Below are positions 42,035 to 53,412 of a stretch of DNA of 64,000 nt, one piece after another. The translations under genes were made by a program, and so were the position numbers. The number at the start of each line of letters is the position of its first letter. Within the stretch, counting starts at the first letter, position 1. The notes under the pieces were generated by a model that did not search any database, was not told the origin of the DNA, and saw nothing but the letters and a program-made list of their open reading frames with translations. The DNA is from Phaeosaccion multiseriatum (lineage: Eukaryota > Protista > Ochrophyta, other classes), in the NCBI GenBank assembly GCA_965112735.1, contig OZ218963.1, forward strand, positions 248,001-312,000. Direction: 5' to 3'.

Positions 42035-44310
42035 CTAGGCTGTGGCCCCCTGGCAGCTGGACCCCATGCCTGATGTGCAACCGAAGCAGTGACTCTCGAA
42101 CACGATCTCCGTCTGCGCCAAGTCCTCAGCCCTGCCCTTGCCCAATTCGAAGATGGTGAACCCGTCCTTGCTGGCGGGCCGCATTAGGGTGCCATCTTTG
42201 GTGGTGCCCTTGGCGGTTCCCTGCGTACCCATGCCCAGGGCAAGTTGTTGGTTGAAGTCGCAGTCGTATAGCCGCCCGTCCCACCCCACGCTGATGGTGT
42301 CTGTGCACATCACTCCCTAGAGAGAGAGGGAGAGAGAAAGAAGGAAGAGAGAGAGGGGGGGAGGGCAGAACATCAGGCGATACACAGGCACAAATTTTTT
42401 CACTGTACGTATCATATCCATCACCCACTCATATCCATCCATCCACTGCCTTACCTTGGCTGCTGCTGGGTTAAAGTTCCTGACCAGCAAGTCCATATAT
42501 TCCGATAACTCCCCGCGGCGGTACAAGAAATCCGCAAACCTCTTGATCGGCATGTTGGTGATGGTAAACAAATTGTTAAAGGACACCCCGAACTCCTCCC
42601 ACAGCTCCTCCTTGTACTTGATTTGCAACGCCTCTTGCGGAGGGGGCAGGAAGGCCCCAATGGGGTTGTACACCAGGTCAAGCGCCAGACCGCTGCCTTC
42701 CTCCCCGTACCCTTGGGCATTGAGCTGCCTCAGACCGGCGATGCTGCGGTCGAACACGCCTCTGCCTCGCTGCATGTTGACGTTTTTGGCGGAGTAGCAG
42801 GGCAGGGAAGCGACCACGTGCACCTTGTTGTCGGCAAGGTATTGGGCGAGGTCCTCTTGACCAGGCTCGAGGAGCACTGTGAGGTTGCATCTGAATAGGA
42901 GAGGGAGAGGGACAGGGGGCGAGAGCGCGCCAGAGAGTGGTGTAGCAGGAGGAGCAGGAGGAGCAGGAGGAGCAGGAGGAGGAGGAGGAGCAGGAGGAGG
43001 AGGAGTGGGGGGAGGGGAGGGGAGTACGAAGGTGAGGGGACACAGTTACAAATGAAGGAAAAAGAGAAGCCTGCTGCCGTGCGATACCAGAGCCTGCACC
43101 CCTGCCTGAGAGGCCCTCAGAGAGGACCTGCTACGCATGCGGCTGACTACCTGCCCTTCCCACTCTGTCGAGTCCCGACTCGCACACACGCACACGCCCC
43201 CACCCCCATCCCCACGTCACCACGCACCTGTCGATGATCTCAATCTCCCTGTCGGGCTGCTCCTTCCTGAGGGCGGCCACCGCGTCCACGAGATAGCGGA
43301 ACTGCGCGTTCATTTCTGGTGCCCCCCCCGTAATGTCCAGCGTGGTGATGTGCTTGCTCCTCCTCAACACCTCAATGGCTTGTTCCGCCACCTCCCTACT
43401 CATCATCTCCGTCCGCTTAGGGGAGGACTCCACGTGGCAGTGGTTGCAGGCCTGGTTGCAGTACAGCCCGATGTTGAGCTGCAGGATGGTGGAGGGCGCC
43501 CTGGGGATGCTCAGCTTCTGCTGCTTGAGAAATTCCTTGAAATCGGTGTGGCCCATGTCTTGCAGAGAGCGCCGCCGCAGCTTCCTCTCCTCCTGCGTCA
43601 TCTTCTTCTGCCCCAGCTCCTTGAGGCGTGCCGCTGTCGTTTTGAAGTCCTCGTCGCCCTCCATCTCCGTCAGTGTGTCTTGGATTAGGGAACCCTGAGG
43701 TGTGGGGTGTGGGGGGTGAAGAGCAGGGAGAAGCAGAGGATAAAGGAGGGAAGAGGGTTAGGAAAGCGAAGTTCTTTGGTTTTGGGAGGCGCATAAGGCA
43801 GGAGACCAGAGCCTGCAGTACAAAAGCGGGGTGTGAGAGACGACAGATGCTGCCGCTCAAGAAAAGGAGACACGGACCAGGCAACATTGCACGTACCTCC
43901 GTCCTTTGGTCCAGTCCCACCAAGCCCTCCCACTTGGGCTGCTGCGTCTGCGTCTTGCCCCTCCCAGGCGGGCCCTTGGGCTTGGTCAAGCGAATGTTGG
44001 CGACGTCCACGCCGGTGGTGAAGTCGGGTGTCACCGGGCTGCCGGTGGTGCCGGTGCTGCTGCTACTACTCCGACTACTCCCACTCCTGCTGCTGCTGCT
44101 GCTGCTCCTGCTACCGGGGGCGGAAGACACGGGCGCCTGAGGACTGAACGCCAGGGAAGAGGTGGAGTAGCAAGACAGGCTCGCGAGGAGAACCGTACGA
44201 CCCACTGCCGCCACTGATGCTGCCGCTCCTCCAGCTGCTGCTCCGCCGCTGCCGCTCCTACTCCTCACGCGTAGCGTCGCCCTCCCTGCCATGACCTTTC
44301 GAGCCATCAT
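42035..44310 (-). CDS. arsS: Arsenosugar biosynthesis radical SAM protein ArsS (radical SAM + DUF3641); exons 44310-43897, 43694-43228, 42890-42455, 42316-42035
   Basis: LQLNIGLYCNQACNHCHVESSP (CxxxCxxC), LDITGGAPE, DRCNLTVL.EPG, ASLPCY...NV..QRG.GVF, LVYNP.G..LPP.Q, ITNMPI.RF, MC...ISVGWDG.LYDCDFNQ, HCFGCTSGMGSSCQGA*. Confidence 0.93.
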
Positions 44311-44504
44311 CAATGAAGGCCAGGGGAGCTCGGGACTGGAACGGGAGGATCCATGGACCCGACCTTTCGTAACCTTTCGTAATTCCGTCAACTGCCATCC
44401 TCTGCATTTTTAAGGGTGTAATATATAACATCATTCATCCCTCCCCCACCCTCAATCCTTGCCCAATCGATGAAGAACACGGAGTGTGAGCCTGATTCGA
44501 CACC

Positions 44505-44562
44505 GCTTTGAACCACTTGAGACCAACTTTGACCATGCTTTGAACCATTTTCGAACCAATTG
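44505..44562. repeat. Degenerate 10-12-bp repeat (tttgaacca-like x5) just left of the array boundary
   Basis: tttgaaccac / ttgagaccaac / tttgaccatgc / tttgaaccat / ttcgaaccaat. Confidence 0.55.
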
Positions 44563-44856
44563 TTAACACAACTGCGAAAGCACTGTTGCTATGTTTTTTT
44601 TTTTTTTTTTAATTAATTAATTATATGCTTCCTTCTACGCTCAACTCCCCCCCTCTCCCCATTTTTTAAGCTATGTACAACTTCTGCTATTTTTTTTCTA
44701 CGCTTCCTTCTCTACTTTGTGAAAAAACATACAAATAGACGAGTGATAAAAGATGGATCAGGCTGAAAGCTATTTACGCTACCTTCTACACTCCCCCCCC
44801 CCCCCCTCTCCCTGATCTCCTTTTTCTGACTTTATGCCAGTATATAAAAAAAAAAA

Positions 44857-45240
44857 CGCTTGCTTCTACGCTCTACTCCCCCCCTCTCCCCATGATCTAT
44901 TGTACAACATACAAAAAAATATACGCTTTCTTCTACGCTCTACTACTCCCCCCCTCTCCCCATTATCTATTGTACAACATAAAAAAAAATATACTCCCCC
45001 CCTCTCCCCATTATCTATTGTACAACATAAAAAAATTTACGCTTTCTTCTACGCTCTACTACTCCCCCCCTCTCCCCATTATCTATTGTACAACATAAAA
45101 AAAAATATACTCCCCCCCCTCTCCCCATTATCTATTGTACAACATAAAAAAAAATATACTCCCCCCCTCTCCCCATGATCTATTGTACAACATAAAAAAA
45201 AATATACGCTTTCTTCTACGCTCTACTACTCCCCCCCTCT
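44857..45240. repeat. AT-rich modular minisatellite with TTGTACAA palindromic core, copy 1 (degenerate units extend left to ~44620)
   Basis: Module ctcccccc(c)tctccccattatctattgtacaacataaaaaaaatata, with or without cgctttcttctacgctctacta. Confidence 0.9.
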
Positions 45241-45496
45241 ACCCCCTTTTTTTTTCTTTCTTCTATGCTCTACTAGTACCCCCGTTTTTTTGTTTTTGTT
45301 TTTCCCACTCCACTCCACCCCAAAGCGCACAACGAAGTCCGCCTGAGTGCCCTCTCCTCCTTTCCCCCCGACCCCTCCACTCCAAAAGAAGAAAAAAAGG
45401 GCGGGCCGTCACCCCCCCTGTACTGCATCGACTGCGGCTGCCTGCAGAGACTGGCTGGCGCTGCATGTGCTGTCCCCCCTCCTCCTCTCCCTGCTG

Positions 45497-47134
45497 CTAC
45501 TGCTGCCCCTGCTGCTGCCTGCCCCCCCCAAACAGACTGGCCGTCGCCCTCTCCCACCCCCTCCCCGAGCTGCCGCCCCCCACCGTGTAGCGAGGAGCAC
45601 CTTGAGTGGGAGCAGTGTTTGCCCCTGTGCCCCCCCCCCTCTCCTCGTCCCCATCCGTGTCCTCATCCATGTCCGCGTCGTCATCCCCATCAGTCCTCCC
45701 TCCCCCCACACTCCCCTCCCCTCCTCCTCCTCCTCCTCCTCCTCCTCCTCCTCCTCCTCCTCCTCCTCCCACAGCAGGGCCAACAGGGCTGAGATGGACG
45801 CCCTGCTGCCTCCTCGCCCACCTCGTCCTCTCTTCCGTCTGTGCATCGATCGGGCCGAGGGGCACTCTGCGGTAGGTAATGTAGAGCTCCTCGTTGTTGC
45901 AAGTGAAGGACGCGTACTTGACATTCTGGCGCTCCCGGGGGGGCTCCACTACAACTAAAACGCGCACCACCACCACAGGCACGTCGGGACAGTAATAGAG
46001 CTCTTCCCAGATGTCCAGTATGGAGGGGACGGCAAGGCTCACCAGCGCCTCCCCCGCATCCCTCCTTTCTATAACCGCACGACCACCGTGGGACGCCATA
46101 TGCTTGCCGATGCTAAAACTTACCATCAACTGACCCTCCACGAGAGACTCCAGTACGTCGTCGTCCCCCTGGAACAGCAGCATGCCCCTCTTCAGGCCGT
46201 CGAAGGGACAGCTCAGAGTGGTGGTGTAGCACTTGACGCTGCAGGTCCCGTTCGGAACCACCCTTCCCCCACCACCTCCTCCCCCCTCCACCCCCCCTAC
46301 CCTTTCTCCTGCCGGCGCCGCCGCTGGCCCACGCCCCTCCGACGGGGTCACCTCCGAAAGCACTTGATCCGTGCTGCTAACATTGGAACTCCAATTGAAG
46401 TGCACACTCCTAGGGCTCGATGACCGCGGGTCCACCATCATCTCGCCCCAATTCTTTGACGAAATGGAGCTGTCCTTCCTGACGGGATTCAGGCTGGGTG
46501 GTACCTCCGACGCGTCGTCAACGTCCACGTGGTCGTACATGTCCAAGTCCAGATGAATGGGGTATTGCAGCTGCTGCGCGGGCGGCTGTAATTGGCTGCC
46601 ATTCGTGTAGCCACTGTGCGTGCTGGGGGGAGCAGGGGGACCAGGGGTGGGTGGGGCGCTGCTTTTTCTCCTCCCGAACTGCTGCTGGTTGACGCGCACA
46701 ACCTCGATGCGGGCCGAAGGGAACTCCTCCTTGAGGAGGAGGTAGGGCCCCTCGCTCGGCTGGGGGCCGTTGAACCTGACCCAAATCTCCATGGCGCCGC
46801 TCTCGCTCTGTGCGGCGGGCTCCAGCTCCCACTCCTCAATGGTGGTGTACTTGGTCTTGAACTTCATCAGCAGGTGCGAGGCCGTCACTGTGTGTTGCAG
46901 TGCAGCAGTGCGAGGCAGGGAGGGAAGTGGTGTGTGGGTCATCGAGTCATCGGATTGGGTAGTAGGCAACAACCTCTCTCTCTCTCTTCTTGTTCTCTCT
47001 ACCCCGGAACGCGACGCCCCCCGCCCCTCGGCAGCCATGTTCGCCCCCCTCCCCAGGCTTCGTTCGACTCGTCGACTCGCGGCCATTGCTTGTTGAAGCA
47101 TGGAACAAGTGCTTTGTCGACGCTCTCGCACCAT
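45497..47134 (-). CDS. ORF X copy 1, hypothetical protein (diverged paralog); true start and splicing uncertain
   Basis: 545-codon open frame. Two globular-looking blocks (MKFKTKY...ARIEVV and VKCYTTTL...LYITYRRV) are shared with copies 2 and 3 despite frame-preserving indels in the linker. Confidence 0.55.
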   Translation of the reverse strand: MVRERRQSTCSMLQQAMAASRRVERSLGRGANMAAEGRGASRSGVERTRRERERLLPTTQSDDSMTHTPLPSLPRTAALQHTVTASHLLMKFKTKYTTIEEWELEPAAQSESGAMEIWVRFNGPQPSEGPYLLLKEEFPSARIEVVRVNQQQFGRRKSSAPPTPGPPAPPSTHSGYTNGSQLQPPAQQLQYPIHLDLDMYDHVDVDDASEVPPSLNPVRKDSSISSKNWGEMMVDPRSSSPRSVHFNWSSNVSSTDQVLSEVTPSEGRGPAAAPAGERVGGVEGGGGGGGRVVPNGTCSVKCYTTTLSCPFDGLKRGMLLFQGDDDVLESLVEGQLMVSFSIGKHMASHGGRAVIERRDAGEALVSLAVPSILDIWEELYYCPDVPVVVVRVLVVVEPPRERQNVKYASFTCNNEELYITYRRVPLGPIDAQTEERTRWARRQQGVHLSPVGPAVGGGGGGGGGGGGGGGGGEGSVGGGRTDGDDDADMDEDTDGDEERGGGTGANTAPTQGAPRYTVGGGSSGRGWERATASLFGGGRQQQGQQ

Positions 47135-47834
47135 CCACGCACGTCACGTCTTCTCACATCTTGATATTGATTGTTTTGGACTACTTCTCCGTTCTCTCCC
47201 CTCCGCCCGCACCCTCCGCAGCCCTCACTCACCATTCTGTGCGGCTGCTGCCAAGTCATGCACGCGGAACAGCCAGAACCGGTTCTTCTTGGGCACCTCA
47301 TTCGACGCCATCCCCGCCCCTCCCTTGTTCCCTGCTGCGGTGTCAGCTTGTTGTGTGTGGTGTGTTAGCTATCGCTCAGAACAGATCACTGCCTCCTGGG
47401 TGCCTGCGCTGCTGCAAGTCAAGCAACAAGCAACCCAGCCGCTGCCGCTGCCTACCTTCAGGCAGCAGTCCCCCCGCTCTAGACTACCACCGGGTGCGAA
47501 TGAAACTCTTTCGTTCTGCTCTGTCGCTGGCTGTCGCGCCTCGCACAAGGCCACTCTGGCTGTGTGTGAGCTTTCAACTTCTTGTTGTTCTCTCGCTCTC
47601 CGCTGCCTCCACAGCCAGTCCACCCCCCCGCCCGCCCGCCGGCCGCCCCGCCCCAGCCACTCTTCTATTCAGCCACGTAAGTCTTCACGTATCTCTGTTT
47701 CCAAAATATACATGCTACCGTGCGCGCCGCCAAGAGGAGGCCGTCCGAGCGAGTTCCAGGAGAGGGAGGGGAAGGAAAATGAATCCGTGACGGGGATCCG
47801 TGAAGCATTATTGAAGAAACAGCCAAGCAATCCT

Positions 47835-47957
47835 ATCACATTGATCACAGATCTCTCACAAACTCCTGTACATACCAGCTAGATACTCTTAGTATCTATT
47901 GCGGTCAAAACGTACCTAACTTCAGGAGTTTGTGAGAGATGTGTGATCTGGTGTGAT
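47835..47957. other. Nested inverted repeat (hairpin), copy 1
   Basis: Left arm gatcacagatctctcacaaactcctg pairs with caggagtttgtgagagatgtgtgatc (1 mismatch in 26), extendable by atcaca/tgtgat. Inner stem tagatact-ctt-agtatcta. Confidence 0.9.
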
Positions 47958-48082
47958 CGAAATGTGAATTCTTGATGGGTCACAGATACCGGTCACAAAA
48001 GGCTTGGCGGGAAAAACATTTGGAGCACACTTCAATACCCACAACCTTGCGAACATCAAAAACAACAAACTACTGCGTTACC

Positions 48083-49509
48083 ATGCCGACCATTGGCAAG
48101 ACGAAGACCGTGAGGGTGATCATCGGAGCCTTCCTCCTTCTCCTCCCCCTCCTGGCCGTGACCGGATGGCTCGGGTACGAGTACATCAAGAACGACGATG
48201 ACTCGGGAGGTGTGACGTCCACGGGAATCGACGAGACTTCCGCAGCTGAGGCAATCCAACAAGGCGCCGGAGAAGGGGCTAAACTGCGAGTGATCGAGCT
48301 CACCGATGAAGACATGGTCGACTTGTTGAATGCTGCTGGAGAGGAGGAGGATGAAGAAGAGGATCATGATGAAGATGGTGACTTCTCTGAGCCCCCACCC
48401 GGCAACTACACCTACGGAGATGAAGGTCGTCAGAACAGGCGCCTCTTTTCGGACTGCGGAGAGGACGGCAACCCCGTGGAGTGCACATCTCGCTATAGGA
48501 CGTGCTCCAGGAACGGCTGGTAAGATTCCGTATCTGCCTGGCTGTTCCATCCCTTTTAAGTATTTTTTCTGGGTTAGAGAGTGGGCAAAAAGTTGCTGAC
48601 GCTCCGGCGACTGTCCTGCTCCATCGACCACCATGCATACATGACAGGGGCGGAGTCGTTCAATTGGCGATCGCAAAGAACGACGGCACTTTCGGGGGTT
48701 GTTCGGGCTTTCTCCTCGCCCCCGACCTTGTGGTGACTGCTGGTCATTGTGTCCGTTCGGTAAGCGAGTGGAAAACCTCTGGCGCGGGTGTCACCGCCTT
48801 GTTGGGTCAGACGAGCGCCAACAACCCAATTGAAGTGCGGAAGTCCATCCATGTCCAGTCCTACCTCAATGTGGATAAAAGAGAGTGGGACGTGGCAATG
48901 ATCGTCCTTGATACTCCCTTCACCAAGGGATGCAAGTACACCGTCAAGCGCTCGCAGAATCGTTGGGCGTGGATGGCCGGGTTCCCAAGCACCCTGCCCT
49001 ACGGCACCTTGATGCAGGTGAGAAGCAAAACGGCTGCTGACTGGAATATGATATGCACGCTCACTCTGAGAGCTTGCGCTCTGACAGTCGTATAGCTACA
49101 CCCATGTACAGTAAGTAGTGTATCAGGGAGGAAACCCACCACCTCTTCCGAATATAAATGAATGCGACCTCCCTGGCTGGCTGCTCTTCTCTCTCTACAG
49201 GTTCAAAGCGAAGGCATGTTTTCGTACAGGGACTCCAGACGCACAGCAGATACTAAGCATGCTATTGCCGGGGGCATGAGTGGGGGCCCTGCCGAGTCCT
49301 GGTACCGGGACGGAACAACACACACCACTGGCATCCTTGTATCATACAATGATCACTCGTCATGCTTTACCACGATCACTCTCCTCGGTAGGTCGGATGG
49401 GGTTCTCACCAGGCTCCTCGACGATGTGAGCAATATTCTGCCCGGTCTGTGGGAGGAGGAGGTGTACAAGAACGGCGAATATTTGTCAGTGACTTCTCTT
49501 AGGGTGTGA
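48083..49509 (+). CDS. Trypsin-like (S1, V8/glutamyl-endopeptidase-like) serine protease with N-terminal membrane anchor, copy 1; exons 48083-48519, 48648-49017, 49201-49509
   Basis: TM segment VIIGAFLLLLPLLAVTGWLGY, acidic pro-region, RRLF. Triad motifs CSGFLLAPDLVVTAGHC, WDVAMIVL, GGMSGGP. Phases of both GT-AG introns match. Confidence 0.85.
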
Positions 49510-50032
49510 GTAGTAGTAGAGCTTTTTGCGGGCTCAAGCAGAGGCTTGATGTAACATAGGAGAAGAAGAGTGTGTATGTGTACAACGGGGGACTGCATCA
49601 ATATGTGAAGTTGGAAGAGATGATAGACACAACAATTAGCACAGGAGGTTTTCCGTCGTGAATACCTTTCGGTGGACCTAACTAGACTGAAACGGTCGTT
49701 AGTGCTGACTATTGTATATTAGTATGGAACAGTTAAAGGGGGGGCGGAGGAAAAAAAAGAGAACAACATGTGTCCCATGATTTCCCCATGATTTTCGCTT
49801 ACGCCGAAAGGGGTTCTTCTAAGAGTAATAAAACCTGTGTGAGCGACACGCACGCCCCTTTAGAGGACAGCGCCTCCCCCTCCCCCCCCACCCCCCTTGA
49901 GATTCTTTAGCCACTTCTGGCGCCGCACTTGCCTCCCTGTCTTGGCCCTGCCTCTTACGAACACACTGCCACCTTTAGAAGTCGGAAGTAAGTTAATTAT
50001 TTGATATTATTACCATACGCGACCCTCAATTT

Positions 50033-53000
50033 TCACCCCTCCTCCCTCCTTGGGCGCTTCAGCGCTCTGCCCGCTCGAGACTTGGCACCCGAGACTAGTG
50101 CCACGTCGTCGTTCTCCTCTTGCCCTCTATCTCCTTCGTCTGATTGTTTGGCCTCTCCTTCGTCCACCGGTACGCCTGTTCCCTCCTCCTCCTCCATCGC
50201 CTCCAGCTCCGACCGACTGTCTTCGCTTCCCTCTTTGCTCATGACGCTCTCGGCCCATCGTCCACTCCCCACCCCCGTCACATCTCCCTCCGTCCTCTCC
50301 ACGTCTGCAACGCGTGTGTGCAGGGCCTCTCGCTCACCAGCGCTCACCCCCCCCCCTTGCCCCCCTGGGGGATGGGGATGTCGCTGCGGCCTCCTCTTCC
50401 CCCTCTTCATCCGCTGCCGTTGGGCTGACATCGCCCTCTCCTCGTCCTTCGTCCTCTTCATGCCTCATCCTCTTCATCTGCAGACGCTGCTGGGTCATGT
50501 CCCTTTTCTGCCGTCTCAGCGGGCTCTGGCGCCCCTATCCAACCTGCTGCTCGCGCATCTGTCTCGACATACGACTTGACGTAGGCGAGAAGCTCTTGCT
50601 TCTTGGTCGACTTGTCGGGGGCCTTCTTGCGCACTTCAGACGTGCTGGCTTGGGCGTTGATGAAAGCCCAAAGACTCCCCTTCAAGAGACTCTTCTTCCC
50701 CTTCGGGACGAACCCGAGAGTTCTCAGGACAGCCTCCGTCACACTTTCTTCGTCCTTCTTCTTTTCTCCGCCGCTGCCTTTTCCTGCGCTGCCTCCTCCC
50801 TCTCTGCCATCTTGTCTCTCAGTAGAAGGACCCTCTCTTCGGTGTTAAGGTCCTTACACGTCGACGTTGACTCCCAAATGGCGTTCAAGCGACGTGCTGC
50901 AGCGGAGCCCTGCTTGTGGCTCGCAACGGCGCTTTTGCGCCTTAGCTGCGATAGTCTGTCCACAGACTGTAAACGCTCATGAGGAAGGAGAAGGAGGTGC
51001 TGCACAGCTGCCACATCGTCCGTCATGAGCAGCTGCTGTGCCTTCGTAACTCGCTCCCTCGCCTGTGCAGGTGTAGGGTCCAGCAGGGGGTGTTTGACCA
51101 TGTCGGCTGCGAAGGACGAAGAGCCCACTCGCTGAAGCATGTTCGCGTCGAAAGCCTTTGTCATCTCCTGCAACTGCGATACCTTGGCGTCTCCACTGGC
51201 CCCCCGTGTGACGTCAGCAAAGGCCTTGCTGATGGACCCTTCAGCAGGGGCCCTTCCGCTGGTGAAGTTGGCGAAAGACATGGGCGGGTAAAAGCCTGTC
51301 GCCTTGAATCCGGACTTGATGGTTTCCGACTTGTGACTCTCCCCTTGAGCCTGGCTGGGAGGCCAGAACAAGAAGCTCCTGCCGGCTCATGTTCTCTCTG
51401 TTGAAGAGTCGCTGCCAGGCCGACGAAAGACTTTGACGTCCAGAGGTTGGAACTCCCCCGATGTGTGCGCGGGCATGCATGCGCAGATGATGCCGGCTTC
51501 GCGCATAGCGTGAAGAGCATCCGGCGTCATCGTGTGCGAACCATAGCCATCCATCAGGAGCAAAATCGGCCAGAGCTCGTCGGTGACGTATCCGTTCTCC
51601 GTATAATGGATCTCTGCTGTGGCGGGCAAGGACTGTTCCAAGTCAGAGCCAGGTGATGCGTCCGCATTGGCAATGTGTGCCTACCTCCGTGCTCCAGCAA
51701 TGACGAAGAACGGGCTCATGCATCCACCAGCGGCATCGACAGTACCGACCAGAGTGACGTGACTTGATCGCTCCTGAGCTGTCATTGACACATGGTCGCG
51801 CCCCTTATGGGCAACAACGTTCATGACACCGCGCTGTGTATTCATGCCTGTCTCATCGCTGTTCCAGAACTGCACCGGTCGGAGGTCCTCCACTTCACAC
51901 CCGGATGCCACAGCCAGCTTTGCCAACATACTGAGAAGGGGAGGGGAAGGAAGGGGAGATGAGCAAGCGAGGCAGAAAACAATTATTATCGTGGTGATAC
52001 GGAGGACAACGGGAAAGGATGGATGAAGTCATTTGGTGGGGGAGAGTACAGGCCTTTCTCTCTCTCTGCCCTCTTCCCTCTCCATCTTCCTCTCCATCTT
52101 CATCTCCCTCTTTATCTCCCTCTCCCCTTCCGTCTCCCTCCGACCTCTCTCCCTCACACTCTCCCTCCCTCCTTCCCCCTCTTCCTCGCCCTCGCCCCCT
52201 CACTCTCCCTTCCCCTATGCCCTCTCCCTGTCGCACGCGCCTCTCCTCTGTCCTGTCCCTACCCCCACCCCCCTCTCCAGTCACTTTGGGGGGCGCGGGG
52301 GGGCGGGGCGCTATCCTGCCCTCCACGAATGTACACGAATGTGGACTCACCTGGGTAGGAACTCGTCTAGATACTCCTTCCTTGTCTTGTCGTTGCAGCC
52401 CTGCGCCCTCGTTAGCTCAAGGGGCTGGGCTCGCCGCGTCACTAAACTTGGGTGGCGGCGCTTCAAGCAAGCCCTGCAGCCAGCCTCCTGATGCCACGAA
52501 TGAAGCAACTCCCAATGCATGGGCCATTCTCCTGGCCAGGGTGCCTACATAGTTCCAGTCAACCCCAAAGCTGCTGTCTGCCATGTCCACAACAAAGCTC
52601 ACCAGTGCCTCTTCGGTTGAGGCAGGCAAGGCTTGATTGCCCTTCCCACCAACAGCCACAGAAGCAACCCGTCCCTTGCACCTATTTTCCAGAGCAGTCT
52701 TGGTGATTCCATACTGCCGCGCCGCCTTGACCATTCATCACAGCAGACAGAGCCGTTCTGCTGCCCTCCATAAAATGTCGTTGCTCTGCCCCTCTCCTCA
52801 GGGTGGCCGTCATCTCCACTACCACCAGGCTCGACGTCAGAGGTCCCATCAGACTCCTCAGTAGACATCTGCATCTCAGCCTCCCTTTCTTTCAGTCTCC
52901 TGAATGTCTTGTGGTCGCCATTCGTCGCCTGCTGGAAGTCATTCCACGTCATCGGCCGATGGAAGGTCCTTCCCAATGCTCTCAAGGATGGATTCATCAG

Positions 53001-53412
53001 ATAGCCCCTTCACGTTAAGCCTGCCATGACAAGACGAAGAACAAGCAAGGATGAGACCATGAAATTCGGAAGGGTCTGCTCCAAAGGTCGTTCCCAAGCT
53101 TCACATGTTGCTGTGGCTCACCTTGGTGTCTCTCCCCTCAGCTCGGCCAAGAAAGCCTTCAGTCCTTCCTTGCTGGTATCAGGTGTGCCACTCACACCTT
53201 TGAATAACTTCTGGACATCGTTGTAGGTAAGTTCCTTCACGTCGTGGTGAACATCCTTCGACATTTTTTTCTCTCTTCTCTGGGTCCCTCACGTGGCAAA
53301 CCAAGGCTCTTTTGAACTCCAAGAAGGAAAGCACTCCCGCAGCCATCATCTTGTCCGGCCATTGCAATGGGGGCGACGCTGCAGCCGGAACAGCAGCGGC
53401 AGCAGAGGCCAT
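50033..53412 (-). pseudogene. Decayed pogo/Fot1/Tigger-type DDE_1 transposase with introns, copy 1
   Basis: psq-like HTH KAARQYGITKTAL; CENP-B HTH EEALVSFV...ASGGWLQG(L)KRRHP; catalytic WNSDETG, LLMDGYGSH, PAHTSGEFQPLD; TIKSGFKATGFYP. Broken by several frameshifts (GCTT duplication at ~52462, TG duplication at ~50742) and deletions. Confidence 0.85.

Noticed and set aside
42050-42062. Selenocysteine at the ArsS C-terminal GSS(U/C) motif
   Set aside because: The codon is TGC (Cys), not TGA.
44857-45240. CRISPR-like array with palindromic repeat
   Set aside because: Intervening sequences are themselves repeated modules rather than unique spacers, and the context is eukaryotic.
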